From: Candidatus Hydrogenedentota bacterium
GTDB lineage: Bacteria > Hydrogenedentota > Hydrogenedentia > Hydrogenedentales > GCA-2746185
Length of the DNA: 16,986 nucleotides
Assembly (NCBI GenBank): GCA_046583315.1
Contig: JAYGCN010000112.1
Span: 1 to 16,986, forward strand
Reading direction: 5' to 3'
Below are positions 7,524 through 16,986 of the stretch, in pieces. The position numbers and the translations under genes were made by a program. Under the pieces are notes generated by a model. That model was not told the origin of the DNA. It made no database searches and saw only the letters and a list, made by a program, of their open reading frames with translations. How positions within the stretch are numbered: the stretch's first letter is position 1; each line of letters begins with the position of its first letter.

Positions 7524-8705
7524 TCAATCGCGCACAGCCAGATCGAAAATCATCTCATCGGCAACGACTTGAACCGACACAAACCAGAATGCGCGCTCCG
7601 TGGAATTCTCCAGATGACGGACAAGTTCGCCCAATCCCCCTTCGTACGCGATATCGTATACCAATTCATTGCGAGCACTGTGAAGCAACTCGACGGAGGT
7701 GATTGATTCTGCATCGTCAAGAAATGTGGTAATGGGTGGCGCAGCACGCTTGATATTTTCGCTACGCACGACCAGCCGGGTCAATTTAGAGGTATCAGAA
7801 TTCAACGTGCCCAACGCAGCAGCAACCAAGAGTTTTTGCTGCACCTTATAGATGGCATCTTCGGTCGCCCGCCGGGACATCGCCTGTAAATCATTCCCCG
7901 AAACAACGGCCTCCGCCTCGATTCTGTCCAACAAGCGTCCGTCACGCGCACGCACCGCCATGACATCCACGAGCGCACGCACCTTCAATGTTCCTTGATT
8001 GGTATCATCGACCCGCACGGTACGCGCCTCCCCGAGAATCACAACCTCCACCTGCAGCGCGCGCCCCAACTTCCCGGCCGCCACATTGCCCTCGCGAAGA
8101 CAGTGCATGAGATCATCGTCACTGAAAATATTCGTGATTTCTGCATTACTCGTTACGCGAAACCCTTGCTCACGGAAACTCTTCGTGAGCATTGAAGTGC
8201 TGATTTCGTTTTGCCCCACGTTATACCCTGCTCCCCCGACAAACTCTTCCCCTATGATCACCACTGCACCGGGCGGATTCTTTCGCCGGGGAAACAAATA
8301 GCTTGCCAGATCAAAGCGCAATCGTTCGCGATCGATATATACCGCGACCGCCAGTTCGCGTCCCAATGTCACGACCCGTTCATCCACCACTTCCGTGCTC
8401 ACCACATAGGCATCAAGAGCAGCCGCAAAACGGTTCGCTGTAGCCTCATTCAGGTCGTTCATCTGCGTTTCCAGCCACAGCCTAAGCCCCTCATCCATCG
8501 CCGCTTTGATTGCGTCCCGCCGAGCATCCAAGCCCGCGCGTGCCAGTGGTACATTGATTAAAACCTTGTCATACGCGGCATCACCATTGAGCACTCTTGT
8601 ACCCTGCGAAGACGAATTGAACGCTGTTAACAGAACAAACGTGAAACAAAAAAAGCGGTACAGCAAGTTGCTGTACCGCGAAGATTCATGTCCAGTTCTA
8701 TTCAT
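7524..8705 (-). CDS. Exported hypothetical protein, FlgT/CsgG-like
   Basis: Hydrophobic N-terminal segment (LLYRFFCFTFVLLTAF); ARRDAIKAAM helix resembling FlgT-N/LPP20; KLGRALQVEVVILGEA and VRARDGRLL resembling CsgG/FlgT-M folds. Start uncertain (ATG 8705 chosen). Confidence 0.55.
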   Translation of the reverse strand: MNRTGHESSRYSNLLYRFFCFTFVLLTAFNSSSQGTRVLNGDAAYDKVLINVPLARAGLDARRDAIKAAMDEGLRLWLETQMNDLNEATANRFAAALDAYVVSTEVVDERVVTLGRELAVAVYIDRERLRFDLASYLFPRRKNPPGAVVIIGEEFVGGAGYNVGQNEISTSMLTKSFREQGFRVTSNAEITNIFSDDDLMHCLREGNVAAGKLGRALQVEVVILGEARTVRVDDTNQGTLKVRALVDVMAVRARDGRLLDRIEAEAVVSGNDLQAMSRRATEDAIYKVQQKLLVAAALGTLNSDTSKLTRLVVRSENIKRAAPPITTFLDDAESITSVELLHSARNELVYDIAYEGGLGELVRHLENSTERAFWFVSVQVVADEMIFDLAVRD

Positions 8706-8746
8706 AATTACGGCCCAATCAGGCACGTTCGTGTGCCCAATCAATC

Positions 8747-9442
8747 CTACTTCTTTGATTTTGCTTTCAGCGTGCCCATCGCGCAACTGCCATTAAAGAT
8801 GGCTCCCGGAGCAATTATAACAGAACGCGCCTTGATATTCCCGGTCACCTCTGCACTGTCCGTCAATTCAAGTCTTCCGCCGCTCTGGATATTACCTCTG
8901 ACCATTCCGGCAATCACGGCGCGATTACCCACTATCACATTCGAGGTAATCTTTCCGCCCTTGCCAAGCAACAAATCGCTATCGCATTCAACCGAACCTT
9001 CCGCAAGACCCTCAATCGCACAGGTCGTCGCGCGAATTTTTCCGGTGATCAATGCGCTCTTCGACAAAACCAAATTACCTTCCACGGTAACATTGCCGTC
9101 AATCTTGCCCGCAATATCCGTTTCCGACGAGCTCGATAACGCCCCCTCAATGATGACCCCATCGGGCACTGTCATGTGCTGTGGGTTCGATACCGATTTT
9201 GATCGGCGAATCGCGAGATCATCGGCAGAGACCGCGTGACCGTCCGCCGTCTCGCTACGCACATCGCGCAACGCATCCTCGCTACGGCCTTCCTGAATCG
9301 CGTCTTGAAAACGCGCGTTCAACTTGCCGAAAATAGTGTCCTTCTTGTCTGCGTTTCCAAGTTCTTCGAAACTGTCCGCGTCCCCCGTGTTTGTCGTTTC
9401 CTCATCGTGCATTGATATGCGTGTCCGTTCTTCTCTTGACAT
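8747..9442 (-). CDS. Bactofilin (polymer-forming cytoskeletal protein) with acidic N-terminal extension
   Basis: Repeating beta-helix pattern IAGKIDGNVTVEGNLVL...VIAGMVRGNIQSGGRLELTDSAEVTGNIKARSVIIAPGAIFNGSC. Confidence 0.9.
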   Translation of the reverse strand: MSREERTRISMHDEETTNTGDADSFEELGNADKKDTIFGKLNARFQDAIQEGRSEDALRDVRSETADGHAVSADDLAIRRSKSVSNPQHMTVPDGVIIEGALSSSSETDIAGKIDGNVTVEGNLVLSKSALITGKIRATTCAIEGLAEGSVECDSDLLLGKGGKITSNVIVGNRAVIAGMVRGNIQSGGRLELTDSAEVTGNIKARSVIIAPGAIFNGSCAMGTLKAKSKK

Positions 9443-9444
9443 GA

Positions 9445-10371
9445 CTATAGGTACCCCAACCGGTTGCCAATCGTCGACACGTTCCGTGAAACTTTGTGCC
9501 GAGGATATTTACTAATAAATGGTATTCCTAAGTTTACTGCGTCGGGAATTCGTTTATCAAACAGAATGTGCCCAAGTGTGTCCGGCTCCATCAATAAATG
9601 AGTACGGATGTACTTCGAAACGATATTGGCCGTAACCATCGCTTCATAGGGGTTCCGGGCGCGATTGACCACAATTTCCGGGTGAATCGATGCCGCCAGA
9701 CCGCAAACTTCGCTCACGATTCGCTCTCGCAACGAGTGTCCGAACACACGAGAACTCTCGATATCAGAAAGGAAATCGGGCAAGGTTTCGTTATAAGCCA
9801 GGAGACGCCCAACTTCCGGACTTTTGTAAAACCGCTCTATTTTACGATACAACGCCGCCCGCACGAACTTAAAAGCATTGTCCATACTAGTTTTTTCGGG
9901 CGTTAGCACGACAATGCTCGATTTTGACCCCAACAAAAACAGGTCCAGTGTACTGCGCCGCGTGCCTGCATCCAGATCCACGATAACCACGTCGGCATCA
10001 ATATGATGAATCGCGTTGCGGAACCGTGCCAACTGATCCACACCAGGATCGGTCGCTTCCAGTAATCCCGACGCTCCAGGCAAAATCCGAAGGTTCGAAT
10101 ACGGTGTATCAGCCAACAGTGAACCCAGGGATTTCGTCTCTTTATCGAAAAAATAGTCGTCTAACGGCGCACCCGGGCGCATCCCGAAAAGCGTTTCGAT
10201 GTTCGAGCAGCCCAAATCGGCATCGACGACAACCGTGCGCCAACCGCGACGTGCAATCTCCACAGAGAGATTGACCGACAGGCAACTTTTCCCGACACCG
10301 CCCTTGCCCCCACCGACAACAATAATGTCCGGTTGGGCGTTTATCTTGGGCTGTTCTTGTGTCAAAAACAC
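9445..10371 (-). CDS. MinD/FlhG(FleN)/ParA family ATPase
   Basis: Deviant Walker A GGKGGVGKS, VVVDADLG, ILPGASG, VIVDLDAG, TPEKTSMDNAF, VVNRA. Start moved to GTG 10371 (GGAG SD, downstream of the predicted promoter). Confidence 0.88.
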   Translation of the reverse strand: MFLTQEQPKINAQPDIIVVGGGKGGVGKSCLSVNLSVEIARRGWRTVVVDADLGCSNIETLFGMRPGAPLDDYFFDKETKSLGSLLADTPYSNLRILPGASGLLEATDPGVDQLARFRNAIHHIDADVVIVDLDAGTRRSTLDLFLLGSKSSIVVLTPEKTSMDNAFKFVRAALYRKIERFYKSPEVGRLLAYNETLPDFLSDIESSRVFGHSLRERIVSEVCGLAASIHPEIVVNRARNPYEAMVTANIVSKYIRTHLLMEPDTLGHILFDKRIPDAVNLGIPFISKYPRHKVSRNVSTIGNRLGYL

Positions 10372-10394
10372 GGTGTTGAAATCTCCATAGGCGA

Positions 10395-10423
10395 AACGTA
10401 ACAAATAGGGATGCTTTTGTCAA
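10395..10423 (-). promoter_or_regulatory. Putative sigma70 promoter for the MinD-bactofilin operon
   Basis: Minus strand consensus TTGACA (10423-10418), 17-bp spacer, TACGTT (10400-10395), with TGn extension. Confidence 0.65.
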
Positions 10424-10446
10424 GAGTTAACCGCCTCACGCTGCAT

Positions 10447-10475
10447 TTCATCTACATAATCCATCCTGCTATAAT
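10447..10475 (+). promoter_or_regulatory. Putative sigma70 promoter for the lipA operon
   Basis: TTCATC (10447-10452), 17-bp spacer, consensus TATAAT (10470-10475), with TGn extension. Confidence 0.6.
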
Positions 10476-10534
10476 GAGCGGAATTCAACACGACACCCCC
10501 TAACCAACCCAAAATCAGCAGGTTAACGAATAAA

Positions 10535-11428
10535 ATGGCGGGAAAATTCCCAGAATGGTTGCGACGGCCTTGGGCATCAGGACAAGGCTTCGACCTCACC
10601 AAAGACATCGTTGACGACCTAAAGCTCAATACTGTCTGCCAGAGTGCCCACTGTCCCAATATCGGCGAATGCTGGGCCAGAGGCACCGCCACAGTCATGG
10701 TGCTCGGTAGCACCTGCACCCGAAACTGCACTTTTTGCTCCGTTGACTCCGGCAAACCAACCTTTGATGACCCCCACGAACCCGTTCAGGTTGCCCAAGC
10801 CGTGCTTCGTATGAAACTGCGCCATGCGGTCGTGACCACCGTCGTGCGCGACGACATGCCTGACGGAGGTGCCGCCCATATCGCCGAGACCATCCGGGAA
10901 ATTCATGCGCAGAATCCCGGCACCACTGTCGAGATCCTCGTATCCGATTTCCGTGGCGACCGTGATGCCATCGAAACCGTGCTCGCTGCCGAACCGGAAG
11001 TATTCTGCCATAACATCGAAACCGTGCAACGACTCTATCCCAAAATTCGTGATCACCGTTTCACCTATGAGTCGGCACTCAGCATTCTGCGAATCGCCCG
11101 CGAACAATCCCCGCGCTCTATTATCAAATCCGCGTTCATGCTCGGACTTGGTGAAACGCAAGACGAAATCAAAGCGACCCTTGGCGATCTACTCGAAGCC
11201 GGATGTGAAGCCGTCTGCATCGGTCAATATTTGCAACCCAGCAAACAGCAGTCCGATGTCCACGAATACATTCACCCCGACCAGTTTAATGCGTACCAGG
11301 AAATGGCGTATACTATGGGCTTCCAGTTTTCCGTATGCGGACCCTTCGTGCGAAGTTCGTATCGCTCCGAAGCGATCCTCGATTCCGAATTCGCCAAAAC
11401 ACGCCTGGGACTATCGACGACAGCGTAA
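10535..11428 (+). CDS. lipA: Lipoyl synthase
   Basis: TVCQSAHCPNIGECW auxiliary-cluster motif, CTRNCTFC radical SAM motif, HNIETV, GQYLQP, GPFVRSSY. Confidence 0.97.
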   Translation: MAGKFPEWLRRPWASGQGFDLTKDIVDDLKLNTVCQSAHCPNIGECWARGTATVMVLGSTCTRNCTFCSVDSGKPTFDDPHEPVQVAQAVLRMKLRHAVVTTVVRDDMPDGGAAHIAETIREIHAQNPGTTVEILVSDFRGDRDAIETVLAAEPEVFCHNIETVQRLYPKIRDHRFTYESALSILRIAREQSPRSIIKSAFMLGLGETQDEIKATLGDLLEAGCEAVCIGQYLQPSKQQSDVHEYIHPDQFNAYQEMAYTMGFQFSVCGPFVRSSYRSEAILDSEFAKTRLGLSTTA

Positions 11429-11472
11429 ATCAATCCCGATACAGGGGAATTCGCGAAAGGATTCAGATTCCA

Positions 11473-11712
11473 ATGAAAATCGAAGTGTCGTTGCCTGATT
11501 TAGGCGATGAAGCCGAACAAAACGTCACCGTTTCCGCCTGGATGGCAAAAGTGGGTGCGGAACTGCAGGAAGGCGACGATCTACTCGAAATAACCACCGA
11601 CAAGGCGGCATTTTGTGTGCCTGTTCCCCAATCAGGAACTCTCGTGGAATGCCGCGTACACGACGATGATGTCATTCACGTCGGCGACACGATATGCATA
11701 ATTGAAGTGTAG
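11473..11712 (+). CDS. Free-standing E2-type lipoyl-domain protein (79 aa)
   Basis: MKIEVSLPDLG...W..KVG...EGDDLLEITTDKAAFCVPVPQSGTL with the TDKA lipoyl-lysine motif; AAAGGA SD-like sequence upstream of ATG 11473. Confidence 0.88.
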   Translation: MKIEVSLPDLGDEAEQNVTVSAWMAKVGAELQEGDDLLEITTDKAAFCVPVPQSGTLVECRVHDDDVIHVGDTICIIEV

Positions 11713-11759
11713 TTACGGATTCACAATACGAATCTGAAATCTCGAAAGGAAGTTCATTC

Positions 11760-13046
11760 ATGTCCCTGGGAGTTGCTGTTATCGGTGCGGGCATCGTCGG
11801 TGGCGGCGTGGTCAAAACGTTGACCGAAATCGCCGACGCATTGCACGCCAATACCGGAGTCGACATTCGACTCACCCATATCTGCGAAATCAATCTGGAC
11901 AATCTCAAGGAGTTCAATCTTGAGTGTGTCACCGTAACTGATAACGTGCAAGATCTCTACGATTCTGATGAGGTCGATGTCATCTGTGAACTCATCGGCG
12001 GCGAAGAACCGGCCAAGACGTTCATGCTCGGTGCGCTCAATGCCGGCAAACACGTCGTTACCGCGAACAAAATGCTGCTCGCCATGCACGGCGTCGAATT
12101 GACCGAAGCGGCCGTTTCCAATGGTGTCGAACTTCGCTACGAAGCGGCCGTTGCTGGAGGCATCCCCATTATCAAAGCGATTCGTGAGGGCCTTGCCGCA
12201 AACACCATCCAATCCATCTACGGGATCATGAACGGCACCTGCAACTACATCCTCACCCGGATGACCTACGAACAGATGGATTTCGACACCGTGCTCAAAC
12301 AGGCCCAGGAGCTCGGTTTCGCCGAAACGCCTCCGGACCTCGACATCGAAGGCCACGACACCGCGCACAAATGCCAGATCATCGCGTCACTCTGCAGCGG
12401 CTCGAAGGTAAACTTGGACGACATACCCGTCGAAGGGATCACCGGCGTAACCAGCGGCGACATTGCTGATGCCCTCGAAATGGGTTATCTCATCAAACTG
12501 CTCGCGGTTTACCGTGAAGTCGATGGTGAAATCGATGCCCGTGTCCATCCCACTCTCATCCCGATCGACCATCAACTTGCCTCCGTGCGCAACGAATTCA
12601 ATGCCGTCTACGTCATGGGTGACATCGCTGATGCCACGCTCTACTACGGTAAAGGCGCAGGCCGCATGCCCACCGCCAGCGCCGTCGTGGCGGATATAGC
12701 CGACATCGCGCGACGTGGAGAAGGCCCAGTGCCTCCCCCATTCCGTTACTCCACCGACAAGCCCATACGCGACATCGGCCATCACGTCGGTCAATTTTAT
12801 TTACGCCTCACCACGCGCGACGAACCCGGCGTACTCGGCACGGTCGGCACCATTCTTGGCGATTACGGTGTCAGCGTAGCCTCCTGCAAACAACGCGATG
12901 CGCACGGCGCCGACATCGTTCACCTGATTATCATCACGCACGAAGCCACCGAATCATTCTTGCGCGACGCGCTTGTGAAAATCGACGCGCTGGACGAAGT
13001 TACTGAAAAGACTCACGTACTGCGCATTCTCGAGGAGACGAACTAA
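11760..13046 (+). CDS. hom: Homoserine dehydrogenase with C-terminal ACT domain
   Basis: [59 protein letters not shown] motif DEPGVLG. Confidence 0.96.
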   Translation: MSLGVAVIGAGIVGGGVVKTLTEIADALHANTGVDIRLTHICEINLDNLKEFNLECVTVTDNVQDLYDSDEVDVICELIGGEEPAKTFMLGALNAGKHVVTANKMLLAMHGVELTEAAVSNGVELRYEAAVAGGIPIIKAIREGLAANTIQSIYGIMNGTCNYILTRMTYEQMDFDTVLKQAQELGFAETPPDLDIEGHDTAHKCQIIASLCSGSKVNLDDIPVEGITGVTSGDIADALEMGYLIKLLAVYREVDGEIDARVHPTLIPIDHQLASVRNEFNAVYVMGDIADATLYYGKGAGRMPTASAVVADIADIARRGEGPVPPPFRYSTDKPIRDIGHHVGQFYLRLTTRDEPGVLGTVGTILGDYGVSVASCKQRDAHGADIVHLIIITHEATESFLRDALVKIDALDEVTEKTHVLRILEETN

Positions 13047-14131
13047 TGCAACGCCTAGGACTGATCCAACGGTATCGAAAGTACCTTCCCGTTAATGACG
13101 ATACCGAAATCGTTTCACTCTGTGAAGGCAGCACCCCGCTCATCCACGCCTACAATCTCGGGCTCAAGATTCACAACAAACTCGATATTTATCTCAAATA
13201 CGAGGGACTCAATCCGACGGGCTCATTCAAAGATCGCGGCATGACCATGGCCGTCACCAAAGCCAAAGAAGAAGGCCACAAAGTCGTCATGTGCGCCTCT
13301 ACCGGAAATACCTCCGCCTCCGCAGCGGCCTACGCCGTGCGCGCAGGCCTGAAATGCGCCGTTCTGATCCCGGAAGGCAAAATCGCGCTCGGAAAACTAT
13401 CCCAGGCCATGATCCACGGTGCCACAGTACTCCAAATCAAAGGCAACTTCGACGACGCGCTCACCCTCGTGCGCTGCATCTGCGACAATCACCCCATCGC
13501 GCTCGTCAATTCCGTAAACCCCTATCGTCTTGAAGGCCAAAAAACCGGCGCCTTCGAAATCATCGAAGACTTCGAAGGCATCGCGCCCGATTGCCACGTA
13601 TTACCTGTCGGGAATGCTGGAAACATCGCTGCCTACTGGAAAGGCTACAAAGAATTCCACGAACTCGGAAAATCCGAAAACCTGCCGCGCATGCTCGGAT
13701 TCCAGGCCGCCGGTTCCGCGCCCATCGTGCTCGGACATCCCGTCGAAAAACCACGCACCTTCGCCACCGCCATCCGCATCGGAAATCCCGCCAGCTGGGA
13801 ACTCGCTGAAGCAGCACGCGACGAATCAGACGGCGCTATCGGAATGGTCACCGACGACGAAATCCGTTCCGCCTACGAAATGCTCGCCTCCACTGAAGGC
13901 GTATTCTGCGAGCCCGCATCGGCCGCCAGCGTCGCGGGACTCATCAAACTTTCCGACAACGGCTACTTCGAAAGCATCACCCCCTACCACGGCGACCGCT
14001 TCAAAATCGTCTGCGTACTCACCGGCCACGGACTCAAAGATCCCGACTCCGCAATAAAATCCGGCTCCGACCCCATCAGCGTAGACTCCACTGAAGATTC
14101 CATCCTCGCGGCAATCGACTTGAAGGGGTAA
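13046..14131 (+). CDS. thrC: Threonine synthase
   Basis: [13 protein letters not shown] (PLP lysine), [47 protein letters not shown]; 1-bp overlap with hom. Confidence 0.96.
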   Translation: MQRLGLIQRYRKYLPVNDDTEIVSLCEGSTPLIHAYNLGLKIHNKLDIYLKYEGLNPTGSFKDRGMTMAVTKAKEEGHKVVMCASTGNTSASAAAYAVRAGLKCAVLIPEGKIALGKLSQAMIHGATVLQIKGNFDDALTLVRCICDNHPIALVNSVNPYRLEGQKTGAFEIIEDFEGIAPDCHVLPVGNAGNIAAYWKGYKEFHELGKSENLPRMLGFQAAGSAPIVLGHPVEKPRTFATAIRIGNPASWELAEAARDESDGAIGMVTDDEIRSAYEMLASTEGVFCEPASAASVAGLIKLSDNGYFESITPYHGDRFKIVCVLTGHGLKDPDSAIKSGSDPISVDSTEDSILAAIDLKG

Positions 14132-14134
14132 ACG

Positions 14135-14992
14135 ATGAGCGAAACCGTTTCCAACTGGGGTAAATGGGGTCCTGATGATCAGCGGGGCACGTTGAATTAT
14201 ATTACTCCCGAAAAAGTGCGACGCTCGGCGCAACTGGTACAGACAGGTAAGGTTTATCCTCTGGCGATATCTCTTGACGGCAAAGGTCCAATCTGGCCGA
14301 CGCGTCACAAGAACTGGCACATCGCCGAATATTTCAACCTTGACGGTGAAGGCCCTGGCGGCAGTGAAGACATCCTGATGATTCACACGCACGGTTCGAC
14401 CCACGTGGACGCGCTGTGCCATGTTTTTCGCGATGGCACCATGTACAACGGATACGCGGCGAGTGAAGTCATCAATTCCACCGGTACGCGCAAGAACGGC
14501 ATCGAAAATATTGGCGGTATCGTCACACGCGGCATCCTCATCGATGTCGCTGCCCACCACGGCGTTGACACACTGCCCGCCGAACACATCATCACACCCG
14601 ACGAAATCAACACCATCGCCGAAACGCAAGGCATCTCCTTTGAGTCGGGGGACGCGGTTCTCTTTCGCACTGGTTGGCTCAAGGTTTGGAAGGAAAGCCA
14701 GGATAAATTCAACGGTATGCAACCCGGCCCCAGCCTTGAAGTCGCGCATTGGGCCTTCGAAAACGAAATCGCCATCATGGCTGCGGATAACTCCGCCGTT
14801 GAGCATCATCCCATTGACGAGGGCCTCGTCGTTCACCAATCCTTCCTGCGCGATCAGGGCGGCTACCTCATGGAACTGCTCGACCTCGACGCGCTTTCTG
14901 CCGACCAGGTCTACGAATTCCAGTTCGTTGTCTCCCCTTTGAACATCAAACGTGGCATGGGCAGTCCCATCACCCCGCTCGCCATCACCTAG
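14135..14992 (+). CDS. Cyclase family (kynurenine formamidase-like) metal-dependent hydrolase
   Basis: NWGKWGPDDQRGTLN, HGSTHVDALCH, GIVTRGILID, GDAVLFRTGW, ADNSAVE, GMGSPITPLAI. Confidence 0.88.
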   Translation: MSETVSNWGKWGPDDQRGTLNYITPEKVRRSAQLVQTGKVYPLAISLDGKGPIWPTRHKNWHIAEYFNLDGEGPGGSEDILMIHTHGSTHVDALCHVFRDGTMYNGYAASEVINSTGTRKNGIENIGGIVTRGILIDVAAHHGVDTLPAEHIITPDEINTIAETQGISFESGDAVLFRTGWLKVWKESQDKFNGMQPGPSLEVAHWAFENEIAIMAADNSAVEHHPIDEGLVVHQSFLRDQGGYLMELLDLDALSADQVYEFQFVVSPLNIKRGMGSPITPLAIT

Positions 14993-15002
14993 AAAGCCCC
15001 TC

Positions 15003-15686
15003 ATGCCCAACGCACTCATCTTCGACGTCGACGGCGTACTCGCCGACACAGAACCTATCGCCGTCCGCACACTCAACCAGACCTTCAAGGAATTGTGCAA
15101 CATCGACTTGTGCGACGAAGACTCCTTGGCCTACATGGGCGCAACCACCCAAAAGCACATGAGCGGTCTCGTTGAAACTTTTTCACTCGATGCCGACGTC
15201 AACGAACTTATTGAACATCACGAATCTTTGTTCATCAAAACGATCACCCAGAAATCAGATCTGGCAATCCCCGAATCCATCAGCCTCCTGAAGAGAATCG
15301 CGCTGGACGAAGAGTGGTCGGTCGGTCTCGCAACGAGCAGCACGCGCAACCGCTCCGAGGAGAGTATCCGTGCCTGCGGTATCGACGAGACCCACCTGAA
15401 CGCATGGCTCACCGGCAACGACATCACAAAACCTAAACCCAATCCGGAGATCTACATCGCCTGCGCGTTATCTCTTGGAATTCCCCCGAACCGCTGCGTG
15501 GTCATCGAGGACTCCGTAGCAGGAATCACCGCCGCAAAAGCCGCCGGCATGGCCTGTATCGCGCTTGAAGGCACCTTTCCGGGCGAGGCACTTCGCGAAG
15601 CCGACCGAATCGTTGACTCCCTTGTCAATGTCGACCGCACGATGCTCTACGATCTCATTCACGAAGCCGCCGAGGCCACAAAATGA
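15003..15686 (+). CDS. HAD family phosphatase (beta-PGM/CbbY-like)
   Basis: FDVDGVLADTE, LATSS, KPKPNPEIY, VIEDSVAGITAAKAAGM. Start placed at ATG 15003. Confidence 0.9.
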   Translation: MPNALIFDVDGVLADTEPIAVRTLNQTFKELCNIDLCDEDSLAYMGATTQKHMSGLVETFSLDADVNELIEHHESLFIKTITQKSDLAIPESISLLKRIALDEEWSVGLATSSTRNRSEESIRACGIDETHLNAWLTGNDITKPKPNPEIYIACALSLGIPPNRCVVIEDSVAGITAAKAAGMACIALEGTFPGEALREADRIVDSLVNVDRTMLYDLIHEAAEATK

Positions 15687-16348
15687 CATCCAACGGGCGT
15701 CTCATCGAAACGATTCGCCACGAAAAGCCTGTTCCGTATCAGCTCGCCTACGAACAACAAATCCAACGTCGCAACCGAATTGAATCCGGGGATGCTTGCA
15801 ACGCCTTGATCCTGCTCGAACACACCCCAACCATTACCCTCGGACGTAGCGGGCACACCGAACACATACTGCTCTCAGAAGAAGGCCTCGCCACACAGGG
15901 AATCGATCTCGTTCACGTTGACCGCGGTGGAGACGTTACTTACCACGGCCCAGGTCAACTCGTCGCCTACCCGATACTCAATCTGCCGCAATGGCAGCGC
16001 TCGGTGCAATGGTATTTACGCACCCTGGAGGATATCATCATCAATGTTCTCGATCACTACGGCATCCAAGGCGAGCGACTTAAAGAATTCACTGGCGTAT
16101 GGGTTGACGGCGCAAAAGTCGCGGCCATCGGAATCGGCGTACACCAGTGGGTCTCCTACCACGGCATCTCCATCAACCTGGAGCCCAATCTTGACCACTG
16201 GAACACGATCGTACCCTGCGGAATCCCCGACAAACAGATCACTACTCTGGAAAAATTACTCGATTCCCCACCCACCATGCCCGAACTCATGGACACCTTC
16301 GAAGACGCATTCTACCGCGCCTTCGAAGGAACTCCATTCACCACTTAG
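15683..16348 (+). CDS. lipB: Lipoyl(octanoyl) transferase LipB
   Basis: [54 protein letters not shown]. Confidence 0.96.
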   Translation: MTSNGRLIETIRHEKPVPYQLAYEQQIQRRNRIESGDACNALILLEHTPTITLGRSGHTEHILLSEEGLATQGIDLVHVDRGGDVTYHGPGQLVAYPILNLPQWQRSVQWYLRTLEDIIINVLDHYGIQGERLKEFTGVWVDGAKVAAIGIGVHQWVSYHGISINLEPNLDHWNTIVPCGIPDKQITTLEKLLDSPPTMPELMDTFEDAFYRAFEGTPFTT

Positions 16349-16986
16349 GCCGCCTCGCTCATTGCGGTCCGAAACGTGAGTCCTTGAGAGGCCGAATCGA
16401 CATCCACAATCACTTCCGAATCTTCGTGTACGTTGCCTTCAAGCAATTCGCGTGCAAGCGGGTCCATTATCATCCTCTGAATCGCACGTTTTAGTGGCCG
16501 TGCACCGTACTCTGGCGCGTATCCTTCCTCAGCAATACGCGCAAGAGCCGCGTCCGTTAACTTCAACGTGATGCGCCGTGCATTCAAGCGTTCGCTTAAC
16601 AATCCGATCTGAATTCGCGCAATTTCGCGAATCTCCGCCTCACCCAGCGCATGAAAAATGACGGTGTCGTCCACGCGATTCAAGAATTCCGGACGGAAGT
16701 TGCGTTTCAGCGCTTCCTTCACGTACTCCTCCGTGGCTTCCTCAGATTGCTCCGTGCCGAAAATTTCTGAACCAATGTTAGACGTCATGATGATTAGCGT
16801 GTTCCGGAAATCAACCGTGCGTCCCTGGCCATCGGTCAAACGTCCATCGTCCAGAAGTTGCAACAACACGTTGAACACATCGGGATGCGCCTTCTCAATT
16901 TCGTCCAGCAAGATTACGCTGTAGGGGCGTCGACGAACGATTTCTGTCAACTGGCCACCTTCTTCGTAGCCAACATAACCCGGAGG
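16345..16986 (-). CDS. clpB: ATP-dependent chaperone ClpB, C-terminal fragment (runs off the window edge)
   Basis: Frame open to the edge: [72 protein letters not shown]. ClpC is not fully excluded. Confidence 0.85.
   Translation of the reverse strand, partial: PPGYVGYEEGGQLTEIVRRRPYSVILLDEIEKAHPDVFNVLLQLLDDGRLTDGQGRTVDFRNTLIIMTSNIGSEIFGTEQSEEATEEYVKEALKRNFRPEFLNRVDDTVIFHALGEAEIREIARIQIGLLSERLNARRITLKLTDAALARIAEEGYAPEYGARPLKRAIQRMIMDPLARELLEGNVHEDSEVIVDVDSASQGLTFRTAMSEAA

Noticed and set aside
6867..7706. 279-aa plus-strand ORF
   Set aside because: Antisense shadow of the GT2 gene; no motif.
10420..10755. 111-aa minus-strand ORF with a hydrophobic stretch, upstream of the ATPase
   Set aside because: Overlaps the lipA 5' end antisense and crosses the divergent promoter region; probably spurious.
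11713..11759. Small hairpin CGGATTC-acaatac-GAATCTG before hom as an attenuator or terminator
   Set aside because: Weak stem, no U tract, no Thr-rich leader peptide, and too short for a T-box or riboswitch.
13826..15103. 425-aa minus-strand ORF
   Set aside because: Antisense to thrC, cyclase and HAD genes, with no recognisable motif; consistent with a codon-bias shadow ORF.
1..16986. CRISPR arrays, tRNA/rRNA, IS elements, integrases, tandem DNA repeats
   Set aside because: None seen; the window is almost fully coding and the intergenic gaps are short.

Overview
Gene-dense bacterial chromosomal window with moderately high GC. I found no RNA genes, CRISPR arrays or mobile elements. Order: 3' end of a probable acyltransferase (+); rlmN and a LolA/DUF4292-like lipoprotein (-); rpmB with an intrinsic terminator (+); a three-gene cassette of unknown chemistry (ATP-grasp ligase, amidohydrolase-2 with altered metal ligands, DmpG-like aldolase fused to a ~320-aa degenerate Rossmann-like region) (+); a convergent GT2 polyprenyl-phosphate glycosyltransferase (-); a probable operon of MinD/FlhG-like ATPase, elongated bactofilin and exported FlgT/CsgG-like protein (-); lipA, free-standing lipoyl domain, hom, thrC, cyclase-family hydrolase, HAD phosphatase, lipB (+); 3' end of clpB (-). 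The best candidates for undescribed systems are the ATP-grasp/amidohydrolase/aldolase-fusion cassette and the MinD-bactofilin-exported protein module. All family calls come from reading motifs by eye; no database search was run.
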